A stretch of DNA of 63,986 nucleotides, the filler included, from a bacterium (GTDB lineage: Bacteria; UBA9089; CG2-30-40-21; SBAY01), in the NCBI GenBank assembly GCA_040757115.1. It is 7 parts of 7 records of this genome, joined end to end, with 100 filler letters (N's around TTAATTAATTAA, not from the genome) between each part and the next. Parts side by side here need not be neighbours in the genome. Positions count along the whole stretch, not along the records: positions 29,479 to 39,158 come from JBFLYA010000141.1; positions 39,259 to 48,886 come from JBFLYA010000142.1; 5 more parts are not named here. One strand, written 5' to 3'. Shown piece by piece: positions 32,401 through 41,588 of the stretch. Under the pieces are notes generated by a model. That model saw nothing but the letters and a program-made list of their open reading frames with translations, did not search any database and was not told the DNA's origin. Each line of letters begins with the position of its first letter. The stretch's first letter is position 1. The translations under genes were made by a program, and so were the position numbers.

Positions 32401-35400
32401 ACCAGTGGAGCGACAACTACCACTGTTACTTTAACTGGAGGAGATGGGATACGGACGGTTTATTATCAGATAGTGGATGTTGTCAGATGGAATTCCGGGA
32501 CGATAAGCGATAGCATTATTTTAGATACAACTTTACCTGTTACTACTCTCAATGGGATAATCAGTGTTCAAGTAAAGAATGATATAATCATTACTGGGAC
32601 AGCAACCGATATCCTAAGTCAAATAGTTAGAGTAGAGTATCGTATAGATTCTGGCAGTTGGATTCAGGCAGAGTCTAACGATGGCAAATTTGATTCTGGG
32701 ACAGAGGCATTTAGTATCATATTAGTAGAATTACCAGAAGGGACACATACCATTACCGCCCACGCAATAGATGCCGCTGGCAATATTGGTCTATCGACTT
32801 CTACTACATTTTTAGTTGATACACAAGGACCTATGCTTTCTAATATTCAAATTACACCTCAGATAACCAATAAATCGCCAGTAATTACGGGGACAGTAAC
32901 AGATGAATACAATGCACCAATAGAGGTAAGATATTGGATAGATACATACTATGGCACAAATACACCCAATTATGCGACAATGACAATTTTATCACGAGGA
33001 CGGTTACAGTCAGATATTACAGGGACGATTAATGTCTCTGGATTGGAAGAAGGGGAACATACAGTCTTTATTCAATCTATGGATTCAGTTGGCAACTGGG
33101 GAGAGGTAGCAATATCCAAATTTATTTATTCCAGAACAGGGTTAATTGTTGAGATTACACAAGCCCCAGCTGAAATTACCAATCAAGGCACTGTTAGTAT
33201 TAGTGGACTTGCATATAATATTACAGGGGTTAAGATTATAGAAATTAGGTGTATGTTAGATGATAAGAATATAGGCACTTATACCTATGATACTATTGTT
33301 GCCAAATATGTTTTTGGGACAATTACTGGCTTTGTTGACGGAACACATACCATATCTATTATTGCTAAAGATGCGGCGCTAAATCAGGCCACTGCCACTA
33401 CAAAATTCTTTGTTGACCGCACAAAACCAACTATTGGGACTATTAATGTTATATATCCAACTGGACAAACACGGGTTAAAGAAGGAGATGTTGTGACCAT
33501 CAAAGTAGAAGTTACTGAGACAGGGACACCGTCAGGTATTTCTCAGGTGCTATTAGATGCAAGCAATATAGGAGGAGAGGCTAATCAGGTAATGAGTCAT
33601 AATGGCGATACTTATACCGCACAAGTAACCCTATCTGATACTTCCCCTAATATAGAAATAGAAAGATTGATTACAATAAAGACTACAGACCGGGCTAATA
33701 ATTATAACGAGGGCACTCAAACTGTATTTATAGACAATAAACCACCTGTATTCTACTCTATTGATAGTAACAAGGATATTTATAAAGATGGAGAGACTAT
33801 CATTCTAACGATTAAATTAGATTCTGGTTCTTATACCTTACGGGCAGATTTTTCAGATATAGATAGTACCTATCAGGTTGGCTCTGAAACAAGGGCTTAT
33901 AATGATGGAACTTATACAATAACCTATACAATTAGTCTGAATAATACCATTCGTGATGGTAAATATTCCATTCCAGTTTTTGCCACAGACCAGGCGAATA
34001 ATATTACAGAAAGGCATATTAGCATTGACCTCAACAATCTTGCTACAGGTGTATTTACTGCTCAACCAGATGAAGTAAAGAATGGGGATACAATAATATT
34101 TACCTATACTCTTCCACAAAATGGTAGTTTTACTGCCTGTATAATTAATCTATTCAACCTTGATAGCACAGTTTCTGGTACGGTAACGATGAGTGATATG
34201 GGTAATGGAATTTATAAGCTTATACACCTAATAAGTTTAGCCAATACCTGTACCAGTGGGACTAAGATAATCCACGCAAATATTTATGATACTAAAGGTA
34301 ATCTATTTGGTTCAGATACAGTGGCAGTTGTTTTAGATAATCAACCGCCGGAAGTTTTAGGTACAATTTCACAAAATATCCGACCAAAACCAGTAGAAAA
34401 GGATGGTAGATTAGAGATTTATGTGGCAGAGATAGAAATATTTGGGTCTATTACAGGGGAGGCAAGATTAGTCTGGTGGAAGAGTGGGAATATAATAAGC
34501 AATAAAGTTATTATGGTAGATAGTGGGTTTTACTTTAATCATGTGCCGGTAGAAATGGGAACAAATCCTGTAACTATTTTTGTTGAGGATGAAATTGGCA
34601 ATGTCGGTAGTAAGACAGTTGTCCTTTATCGGATAGAAGGTAAGGTATCTAAACCAGTTGGTGAGGCAGGTGGTGTCGTCGAAAATCCTGATGGCACTAA
34701 GGTAGAAATTCCATCTAATGCATTACTGGTTGTTATAAATATTAGTATTAATACCTTACCAGCAGAGATAGAGGCAGAAAAGAAACCAGTGAACGATAAT
34801 ATCCAATTATTAGGTATTCCGCATGAATTTGGTCCTTCAGGGATAGTATTTTATCAGCCAGTTAAGATGGTTTTTGTTTATACTGATGTTGACCTTGAAC
34901 GATTTGCCGCCAAAGTAGGAAGACCGATTGATGAGAGTGAATTAAAGATATTTTTCTGGGATGAAGAAAGGCATGATTGGATTAAAGTAGGTGGTGTTGT
35001 AGATGCCAATAATAATACAATTTGGGTTTATGTTAATCACTTCACGATTTATGACCTTGGGATAGATACTGCTCCGCCACCTACACAACCAGCAGTTTAT
35101 ATCAATAGAAATCCATTTAAGTTTGGTGAAGTAACAGAATTTATGGCTGATTTACCAAATAATACAAGCAAAGTTACTGTCCGCATATTTGACCTTTCAG
35201 GGGACTTAGTGCGGGTAATAACAGAAGACCAGTCTTTAAGGGATAAGAAAGGACAATCGAGTGTTAATTTAGGTAGTTGGGATGGAATGAATGATTTTGG
35301 GAATTATGTCGGTAGTGGGATTTATATCTATCAGGTAATTATAACTTTCACAGATGGTAGCACTTATGTGAAAACTAAACCAATTGGAGTGGTGAAGTAA
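29479..35400 (+). CDS. Giant Ig-like-repeat surface protein with a ZU5-like region and FlgD/T9SS-like C-terminal domain (5' truncated by the contig start)
   Basis: Open from the contig edge; repeated GTHTI.V.A.D.AGN..VDT..P modules; HEFGPSG..VNHFTIY; NPF..VRIFDLSGDLVR..WDG..GSGIYIY..IGVVK. Confidence 0.85.
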   Translation, partial: LDRASPSGRVLINNDDTYVATRTVTLSFTYADQMSGVDKIRYGTSSAGLILVSWGTPTQTATIELSADGTQTIYYQIKDIVGWISGTITDSIIVDTRRPVVGTITIIYPTIIIYPQGTQTRAKEGDAVTIKAEITDAGTGIIEVTLDATLLCGQKNIPMNYDGAGVYTTQVILSGTPAGTETLALFTITAQDKALNTGTNTSVVFIDNKYPEFGTITSNKPTYMNTDEIRLTVTMDSAAYTLTADFSPIDSTYRIGMEQVTLDGATYTIRYTIGSLNTHPDGAYSIWISARDQAANIDKLSISLELKNETPVQRLTAEPNVVRDGDTITFTYLGVKAGLVAIIPLYRIQVLDNQAVATITLHDDAIPPDEVANDGVYTGTHTISGSNTVADGSYKIFGYVYDPSTPAIVLEPWTTVTLDKGTPTVFLGTIVPRLTVNYLTIMGTATDQLSVIHVEYDLDDSNIWLPAESNDGLFDEGTESFTIKLSNLEEGTHTIKVRAIDAVGNESELAIGTFSVDTHGPVVTNVQITPPITNISPMITGTVTDEYNAPVLVNFYLDKYYGTNTPVWGTMTIGSPGSLTSDIYGTINVESLTDGIHIVYLQAKDDFGNWGPVTEVSFRYSRTELLVYISNIVPDPRATKSVTITGYVLSTAAKIEGISYKVNAGSWVLIGTPTDGMYDELKEEFEIINPPGVDEGTNTIIVAGSDTTTNVGYGSKTFVVDLTVPYGRFTINYDATYTTTRNVTLTGFEYDDGAGSGIDQIRFRNEVDTFWTVWQDIIDMRTWMLSAEGSGETRTVHMQVKDKAGNMATYTDTILYDKTAPSGTITILGQDRREEYATATTVALVISGLPIDIDQMRFTNNGDIWSEWGTATMGTLTWQLDFGLKPTEVLTDGTRTVWMEVKDISGKTAIYYDSIILDTTAPAGAITIKAGDIYSTGTGVSILLEYSDNMSGVVRLLYREDGTETWSQINIGTLTSGATTTTVTLTGGDGIRTVYYQIVDVVRWNSGTISDSIILDTTLPVTTLNGIISVQVKNDIIITGTATDILSQIVRVEYRIDSGSWIQAESNDGKFDSGTEAFSIILVELPEGTHTITAHAIDAAGNIGLSTSTTFLVDTQGPMLSNIQITPQITNKSPVITGTVTDEYNAPIEVRYWIDTYYGTNTPNYATMTILSRGRLQSDITGTINVSGLEEGEHTVFIQSMDSVGNWGEVAISKFIYSRTGLIVEITQAPAEITNQGTVSISGLAYNITGVKIIEIRCMLDDKNIGTYTYDTIVAKYVFGTITGFVDGTHTISIIAKDAALNQATATTKFFVDRTKPTIGTINVIYPTGQTRVKEGDVVTIKVEVTETGTPSGISQVLLDASNIGGEANQVMSHNGDTYTAQVTLSDTSPNIEIERLITIKTTDRANNYNEGTQTVFIDNKPPVFYSIDSNKDIYKDGETIILTIKLDSGSYTLRADFSDIDSTYQVGSETRAYNDGTYTITYTISLNNTIRDGKYSIPVFATDQANNITERHISIDLNNLATGVFTAQPDEVKNGDTIIFTYTLPQNGSFTACIINLFNLDSTVSGTVTMSDMGNGIYKLIHLISLANTCTSGTKIIHANIYDTKGNLFGSDTVAVVLDNQPPEVLGTISQNIRPKPVEKDGRLEIYVAEIEIFGSITGEARLVWWKSGNIISNKVIMVDSGFYFNHVPVEMGTNPVTIFVEDEIGNVGSKTVVLYRIEGKVSKPVGEAGGVVENPDGTKVEIPSNALLVVINISINTLPAEIEAEKKPVNDNIQLLGIPHEFGPSGIVFYQPVKMVFVYTDVDLERFAAKVGRPIDESELKIFFWDEERHDWIKVGGVVDANNNTIWVYVNHFTIYDLGIDTAPPPTQPAVYINRNPFKFGEVTEFMADLPNNTSKVTVRIFDLSGDLVRVITEDQSLRDKKGQSSVNLGSWDGMNDFGNYVGSGIYIYQVIITFTDGSTYVKTKPIGVVK

Positions 35401-35410
35401 AGTTCCTTTT

Positions 35411-35721
35411 AAGAATTTCACGCAAAGGACGCAAAGAAGCGCAAAAGGACGCAAAAAAGGTTGAACGAACTTATGACAGAGAATGAGATATCATATAAAA
35501 TCATCGGTGTTGCTTTAGAAATCCATAAAAAATTAGGACCAGGTTTTGTTAGAGTCAGTATATGAGAATGTTTTAGCCTATGACCTTATAAAAATAGGAA
35601 TGAATGTTAAAACACAAGTTCCAATACCTTTACTTTACGAAGAAGTCAAGGAATTGTAAATAAGTTGTGAACCTTTGCGATTCTTTGCGTGAGGTCTTTG
35701 CGATTCTTTGCGTGAAATCTT
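35411..35721 (+). pseudogene. GxxExxY gene remnant (35473-35670) enclosed by inverted (cgcaaag)n/(ctttgcg)n arrays
   Basis: MTENEISYKIIGVALEIHKKLGPGF, frameshift, LESVYENVLAYDL..QVPIPLLYEEVK, deletion, IVNKL*. Confidence 0.85.
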
Positions 35722-35785
35722 TAACAACAAGGAATTATCTGTGATTTCCTGCAAAGATTCGTAGAAAAAAAGGAGGTAGGAGTAA

Positions 35786-36193
35786 ATGTTTATTTTAGAA
35801 TTATTTAAGAAGATGGGGATAGCGGTAACCGATACTATTCTTCTCCCAATCAATTTTACCCGAGATACAGTGACAAAGTTTAATCTTCAGACTATCAGAC
35901 GAACTTTACAAATTGTATCAGCCGCAGAGTATGCTACCGCAAGTAGGGCATTCCCTGAGAATTTAGATGTGCCGGCGTTTAAAAGATACCTATCCCCAAT
36001 TCCAAAGGTAATGCTTAAACTATCTATTAAGGAAGGTAATGACAGTAATCAGGTAACGGTTGTGGAATCAGGCGACCTTAAACCAACAGGAGATGGCAAA
36101 GTAGGTGGATATGTTTATAATTCTCTGACAGGTGATATAAAGATAAACCATACAGAAAAAGATATAGCCGGTACACCGTATAATGAATATTAA
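35786..36193 (+). CDS. Hypothetical protein resembling a pilin/pseudopilin globular domain without the N-methylation leader
   Basis: Good RBS; TKFNLQTIRRTL..FPENL..YLSPIP..GGYVYN..G.IKINHT pattern. Confidence 0.5.
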   Translation: MFILELFKKMGIAVTDTILLPINFTRDTVTKFNLQTIRRTLQIVSAAEYATASRAFPENLDVPAFKRYLSPIPKVMLKLSIKEGNDSNQVTVVESGDLKPTGDGKVGGYVYNSLTGDIKINHTEKDIAGTPYNEY

Positions 36194-36221
36194 TCTGAAG
36201 CCTCTTGGGTTTAAAAAATTG

Positions 36222-36405
36222 CCACCTGTGCGGTTAAATGTAAAATGGATAATGTAAAATGAGAAATGTAAAATGAAAATGTATAACTGAAAGGTAATGA
36301 GTCTTGCGAAGTACTAAAATTTCCCATTTTTCATTTCCTATTTTACATTTTACATTTATTTTTCCTTTGCGTCTCTGCGATGAATTAGTCTAATCGCACA
36401 GGTGG
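36222..36405. mobile_element. MITE family D (CCACCTGTGCG termini)
   Basis: Perfect 8-bp TSD aaaaattg (36214-36221, 36406-36413); inverted (aatgtaa)n/(ttacatt)n arms; copies at 48987 and 51737. Confidence 0.88.
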
Positions 36406-36476
36406 AAAAATTGTAGTAACTATTTACCCAAATGAAGTGCAAGGTAACCGAAATTGAAATAAGTGAGGTGATTCCG

Positions 36477-37349
36477 ATGACAAAATGGTTAGTGACTCTC
36501 ATTATTTTCTTAAGTTTTGTAGAAGAGGGTCTTAGTCTGCCAATAGACTTACAGTTAGGTGCCAGACCGCAAGGTATAGGTGGGGCTTTTGTGGCTATGG
36601 TAGATGATGTCAATGCCGTTTACTGGAATCCAGCCGGATTAACTCAAATTAAAACCTTCGAAGCGGCATTTATGCATGTGAACCCTTTTAGTATAGAGGA
36701 AGCAAGTATTGATTTCTCATCATTAGCCATACCAACAGGTCAGACAGGTGCGTTTGGTGTTAGCTGGATACACCAGGGAGCAGAATTAGAAGAGGGTAGG
36801 GGACAAACATATAAAAAATCTGATATGTCAGAAAATATCTTTGTGTTGTCTCTTGCCCGTAAGATTATGCCTGAACTTTCCTGTGGGGTAAATATTAAAA
36901 GATTAAGAATAGACTCTGAGATAGGTGGTGGCGGTGGATTTGGGTATGATCTGGGATTACTTTATACAACACAACATATTGCCTTTCTGAATAACCTTTC
37001 TTTTGGAATGATGGCTCGAAATGTGTTTACTGATTTAAAAGATGAATCTGTCCCTGCGACTTTGAGAATGGGTGCAGCAACAAAGGTGTATTATGACCGA
37101 GTAGGCATAGCGGCTGATATGGAAAAGAAAAAAGAAGTCAACAAAGAGAAAAATTCATATCAATTCCATTTTGGTGGTGAATATGCCATAACCCGCACTA
37201 TGTTAGTTCGCTTAGGTAATGATGATGGGGATTGGACTTATGGAGTAGGATTTCTGCTTTACAACTGGGAATTAGATTATGCCTTCTATCGCATCAAAGA
37301 ATATGACCTCGATTATTCCCACCGTATCTCTGCAACAATAAAGTTTTAA
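36477..37349 (+). CDS. PorV/PorQ-family outer-membrane beta-barrel
   Basis: GARPQGIGGAFVAMVDDVNAVYWNPAGL, LDYAF..HRISATIKF; GAGGTG RBS before ATG 36477. Confidence 0.8.
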   Translation: MTKWLVTLIIFLSFVEEGLSLPIDLQLGARPQGIGGAFVAMVDDVNAVYWNPAGLTQIKTFEAAFMHVNPFSIEEASIDFSSLAIPTGQTGAFGVSWIHQGAELEEGRGQTYKKSDMSENIFVLSLARKIMPELSCGVNIKRLRIDSEIGGGGGFGYDLGLLYTTQHIAFLNNLSFGMMARNVFTDLKDESVPATLRMGAATKVYYDRVGIAADMEKKKEVNKEKNSYQFHFGGEYAITRTMLVRLGNDDGDWTYGVGFLLYNWELDYAFYRIKEYDLDYSHRISATIKF

Positions 37350-37437
37350 TTATTGTGTAGATGAAGAAAAGAAGACAAAAGTCAGAAGACAGAGGACAGA
37401 GGAGGAAACAGAGAAGGTGAAGAAAGGAATGAATTAA

Positions 37438-37602
37438 ATGTCCATAAAGGTAGATGAGTTTATAAAAAAGAAGCTTAAAAGACTTAAAGGTGTAGGGAAA
37501 GAAATATTTCCCATCCTTGTTACCCATATGATATCAGAACCAGATGCAGAGGAATATGTAAAGGAAAAGGGCATTACCCTTTATTATTCCTATGATTTTT
37601 AG
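37438..37602 (+). pseudogene. Probable C-terminal fragment of a coiled-coil/PD-(D/E)XK-like protein
   Basis: VDEFIKKKLKRLKG..EIFPILVTHMISEPDAEEYVKEKGITLYYSYDF*; N-terminal part absent; family recalled from memory only. Confidence 0.45.
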
Positions 37603-37845
37603 TAACTATTCAGCCACTGATTCACACGGATTAGCACGGATAAATACAGAGGGCAGAGGACAGAGGGCAGAAGGCAGAGGATAGAAGACAGAGGTCAGAA
37701 GCAAGTTGTCCCCTGCTGGCGGGGGATTAAGGGGGTGGAAGTTAGGAGGAGAAAAGCCCTTCAGCCTGATTACAAACACGGAAAACGGACACGGATTACG
37801 AATTTTCAGTGTTTCATCTGTGTCCATCTGTGGCTGAATAATTGC
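37602..37845. mobile_element. GTAACTATTCAG-ended element with (cacggat)n and (cagagg)n arrays
   Basis: Both arms match the outer element at 27550; no TSD retained. Confidence 0.75.
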
Positions 37846-37939
37846 CTTTTCCTATGCATCATAATTTATCCAGAGCCTTCTTTGAAGAGAAAAAGAGAGA
37901 ATAACTGGCTATACTTTTAATTTCGTGCAAAAGTTTTAG

Positions 37940-37968
37940 TTGACAAATTCAAAAAAGATTATTATAAT
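37940..37968 (+). promoter_or_regulatory. Consensus sigma70 promoter
   Basis: TTGACA-N17-TATAAT. Confidence 0.8.
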
Positions 37969-38037
37969 AACTTCAACAGGGTTTAAAAGATTTGAAAATA
38001 AAAGGGAGGGAAGTAAATAAAAGGAGATGTGTTGCTG

Positions 38038-38496
38038 ATGGTTAATTGCCCTTATCCTAAATGTGGTAGAGAAGTTGAACCTGCACCAAATTTTTGCCCC
38101 TCTTGCTATGAAAAGATTATTCTCTGTCCAATCTGTAGAACTACAAACAGGAATTTAGCTACATTCTGCCATAAGTGTGGCAGGGAATTACAAGAAAGCC
38201 CGGATTATAAGATGTACAAAGCTAATCCTCAACTTACTGGTTTCTCTCCGGTGAATTCCCCCCCAGAAATTGAAGAACTAAACCTACAATGGCAGACAAA
38301 CATAAATGCCGAAGTCTTCTCCTCTTTAACTACTGCCTATGGCTATATCTTTGTCTGTTCAAAAGATGGTATAGTGCATATCCTTAGACAATCTAATGGG
38401 CAAGAAATTTGCCGCCTTTCGATTCAAGAGCCTCATGAAACAAATTTGACTCCTGCTATCTTTAACTGGAGTTTCGTTAATTTAAGGAGCCATTGA
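38038..38496 (+). CDS. Double zinc-ribbon protein followed by the start of a PQQ-like propeller; probably truncated
   Basis: Four CxxC-type pairs, then MYKANPQLTG..LQWQ..VFSSLTTAYGYIFV; ends abruptly shortly before an element cluster. Confidence 0.6.
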   Translation: MVNCPYPKCGREVEPAPNFCPSCYEKIILCPICRTTNRNLATFCHKCGRELQESPDYKMYKANPQLTGFSPVNSPPEIEELNLQWQTNINAEVFSSLTTAYGYIFVCSKDGIVHILRQSNGQEICRLSIQEPHETNLTPAIFNWSFVNLRSH

Positions 38497-38666
38497 GGCT
38501 ATCTGAATCCTTATCAATCTGTTTATTTTGCTCAAAGATGGCAAAATTAGGCTCAAAAGTCTGATGATTTTCGACCTGTGAAATAAGTTGACCTGGGAAA
38601 ACAAAATTATACTCCACTGCTTGGTGTAAGAAAAGGAGATAAGGAGATTAAGGAGATAAGGGGATA

Positions 38667-38858
38667 TTATTCTAATTCCACTCTTCTAAAATCTGCCTTT
38701 TCTTTAGCAAAGTTTACAAGAATAGCCACCTTTACACCTGTAGCTTTTAAATAAGAGCGAACCTGAGCATAATGAGCTTTGCTTAATTCCTCCACCGTTT
38801 TTAGTTCTACTATTACCTTGCTTTCTACAAGAATATCCAATCTGTGTTTCCCAATTTC
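38667..38858 (-). pseudogene. C-terminal half of a GxxExxY gene, cut by a family B MITE
   Basis: EIGKHRLDILVESKVIVELKTVEELSKAHYAQVRSYLKATGVKVAILVNFAKEKADFRRVELE*; followed by a (atctcctt)n array. Confidence 0.85.
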
Positions 38859-38859
38859 T

Positions 38860-39044
38860 GGTGGTGTCTGAAGATAACGCTAATAGTGAAATCTATGCAG
38901 ATTTGGTGTAAAAAAGGGGATAAGGAGATAAAGGGAGATATGGAGATTATTCATAGTCCTTTCCAAAATTTTAGAATGAATTTATCTCCTTATCTCCATA
39001 ATCCCCATATCTCCTTTTCTTACACTATTTCAACCTTTATGCTA
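38860..39044. mobile_element. MITE family B, right end interrupted at CTAG
   Basis: Matches the 3323 copy up to ttatgctag. Confidence 0.82.
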
Positions 39045-39158
39045 GTACTGTGTTAAGTAAATTTTTTCACAGTTTTTTCTAAAGTTTTGCTGATAAAATG
39101 ACGATAATTCCACGTGGGCATAGAAATTTTAAGGAGGAAAGAATTATGCAAAAAAGAT
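39043..39158 (+). mobile_element. Probable IS630-like left end and transposase start
   Basis: TA target; tagtactgtgt resembles the other IS630-like ends (tagtgctctgt, tagtgtcgtgt); AAGGAGG then ATG 39146 (MQKR...) at the contig end. Confidence 0.5.
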
Positions 39159-39258
39159 NNNNNNNNNNNNNNNNNNNNNNNNNNNNNNNNNNNNNNNNNN
39201 NNTTAATTAATTAANNNNNNNNNNNNNNNNNNNNNNNNNNNNNNNNNNNNNNNNNNNN
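39159..39258. other. Artificial contig spacer
   Basis: N-run, TTAATTAATTAA, N-run. Confidence 0.99.
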
Positions 39259-39409
39259 GAAATTTATAGAAATAGGTAGAAATTGATTGTGGAAAACAAC
39301 AAATTTCCATAAATTTCTATTAGTTTCTATTAATTTCAATTTTTTTAATAATATCTCCCTATCTCCTTAATCTCCATATCTCCTTCTGTTACACCACCTG
39401 AACGCTTAC
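39259..39409. mobile_element. MITE family A (partial), overlapping the 3' end of lnt
   Basis: Matches the right part of the 27690-27928 copy; ends cctgaacgcttac. Confidence 0.85.
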
Positions 39410-40787
39410 CAATAATGTTAGTAATAATCAACCAGCTTATAATAATCTGGCATAAAAAAGGAAATAACCATCCAAATTTTGTATAGAAAGATAAATATCT
39501 TTGTGGTGAGACTTTGCCAATTACTACTCCTTCTTCCATAACTCCAAGACTGTTGAGAACATTTCCATAGGGATCAATAATCTGGGATATTCCAGAACTT
39601 GCTATTCTTACTACAAATCTTCTATTTTCTATTGCTCTAAATACTGTCATAGCTGAATGTTGTAAATGTTGTATTCTTCCCCATCTCTTTGCATCATAAG
39701 TAGGAATAACAAGAATTTCTGCATCATGCTTTACTAAATTTCTGCTTACATAAGTATAGTCCATATCATAACAAATTTCTACTCCTATTTTTCCTAATGT
39801 AGTAGGAAAAACAGAATAAGTCTTTCCAGGTAATCCATCACTAAATAACTGAATAGGATTCATCTTATAGTACTTTCCAACCACTTTATGTTTAGGAGAT
39901 ATGATTATTGCTGTATTGTAAAATTCTGAAGGATCTTGAGCAACATCTGTACATCCAAGGATTAAATACGAATTAATCTCTGCTGCCAGCGAGAAAAGTA
40001 TATCCAAAATCTCAGGTTCAGATAAAACATTTTCTAAAAGTGCATACTCTGGCCACACTACTAAACTTGGCTTTTTGTTACTTATTCCTTTCGTCTTTTT
40101 CAAATATCTGTCTAAGCAACTAGACTCATCTTGAATTCCAACTACAGTATATTCTCCTTCGATATTCTCAGGGATTACTGCTTTCCCATAAAGTAAAATT
40201 AAAAGAATTCCTATTGCCATTATACCCCATAAAGTAATTATTTTTCCTTTCAATCTCCAATTTTCAATAGTAAAGTAAATAACTACATTAACAATTACAA
40301 TGAGAAATGATATTCCATATACTCCAAGTATACTTACTAATTGAAGAAGTAGTAAATGTTGAGTTTGAGAATACCCTAAAGTCATCCAGGAAAACTTTAG
40401 AGTCCAACATTCTGATCTAAAGAATTCTATAGCGATCCAAAGAATGGATGTTATAGCGATTGTTAAAATAGGATTATACCTTCGTATAAAAAAGGAATGT
40501 CCTGCTCCAAAAAGCCCAATGAAGAATGATAATATAGCAATTAAAGTTACTGAAGCAACCCCAAAAATCTCATATAACCAATGAAGAGTTCCTCCAAACC
40601 ACACCATTCCCCATAAAAATCCTATATAAAATGCTATTCTACCGCTGACATTTTTTATTGCAAAGAAAAATGGAACTAACGCTATCCAGGCAAATATTCC
40701 TTTATTAAAAGGCGGAAAAGCCAAAATTAAAAAAATACCAGAAACTATTATTAAAAAAATTTTAATAATTATTTTCTTCATTTTCAT
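39345..40787 (-). CDS. lnt: Apolipoprotein N-acyltransferase
   Basis: LAFPPF, TM domain, VVWPE, YYK and ICYD nitrilase triad, FRAIENRR; last ~20 codons derive from the MITE. Confidence 0.9.
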   Translation of the reverse strand: MKMKKIIIKIFLIIVSGIFLILAFPPFNKGIFAWIALVPFFFAIKNVSGRIAFYIGFLWGMVWFGGTLHWLYEIFGVASVTLIAILSFFIGLFGAGHSFFIRRYNPILTIAITSILWIAIEFFRSECWTLKFSWMTLGYSQTQHLLLLQLVSILGVYGISFLIVIVNVVIYFTIENWRLKGKIITLWGIMAIGILLILLYGKAVIPENIEGEYTVVGIQDESSCLDRYLKKTKGISNKKPSLVVWPEYALLENVLSEPEILDILFSLAAEINSYLILGCTDVAQDPSEFYNTAIIISPKHKVVGKYYKMNPIQLFSDGLPGKTYSVFPTTLGKIGVEICYDMDYTYVSRNLVKHDAEILVIPTYDAKRWGRIQHLQHSAMTVFRAIENRRFVVRIASSGISQIIDPYGNVLNSLGVMEEGVVIGKVSPQRYLSFYTKFGWLFPFLCQIIISWLIITNIIGKRSGGVTEGDMEIKEIGRYY

Positions 40788-40889
40788 TTTTTCTCCGTAC
40801 GCAATTCCAATTCCGAGGAAGATATAGGGGATTAGGGGCAGACCTTTTGTCATTCAGGTTTGTTGCCCCCAATAGTTCCCAAAGAGATT

Positions 40890-41558
40890 TGTAGTGCGAG
40901 GCGTTAGCTTCGCTTCTGGCAAGCCAAAAGGCGAACTTAAAGGTTCGCACTATATTTATGGGATGTCAGAGGTTAATTCGTATCCATTTGTGGCTAATTT
41001 CCTTGTAACCGTTCAGGGCTATACATTAGAAATGTAAACAAGGAGAAATGGGGAAAAGGGAGAATTGGCTCAAACTTTTCCTTGCTCCACCCTTCGGACA
41101 TCAATCCTGGAGTCTGCAAAATTTGTAACCGTTCACCGCAGAGACACAGAGACGCAGAGAAGAAAATTAAAATTTATGGACAATAGGCTTAACATCCCTG
41201 ATTTTCATCAATGCAAGCTCTTGAGTCCAACAACATTAAACTTGCCCTGATGAAAATCAGGGATGGATTAACAAATCTGGCTTGCCGGCTGAACATTCGG
41301 CAAGCAGGTCCTATGTATTTCAATGGCTACACCAATAATCTTTTCTGTTATCTGATTTATTTCCATATCTTCTCTGTTGCTCTGCGTCTCTGCGGTAAAT
41401 TACCACCTGAACGGTTACTCTTTTCTGTTATCTGATTTATTTCCATGTCTTCTCTGTTCCTCTGCGTCTGTGCGGTGAATTACCACCTGAACGGTTACCC
41501 TGAACGATTACGATAATTTATCAAATTTCACTTCGTGTCCTTCGTGGTGAATAGTTAC
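40890..41558. mobile_element. Stack of elements: REP doublet, GTAAC-ended MITEs, a GxxExxY remnant (minus strand, about 41167-41366) and an 80-bp tandem duplication
   Basis: Termini at 41005, 41125, 41418, 41498, 41511 and 41558; MEINQITEKIIGVAIEIHRT..IVHKF* between accgcagagac arms; 41339-41418 repeated at 41419-41498. Confidence 0.78.
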
Positions 41559-41588
41559 AAACTATTTTTATATTCGGTCGAAAACTTT

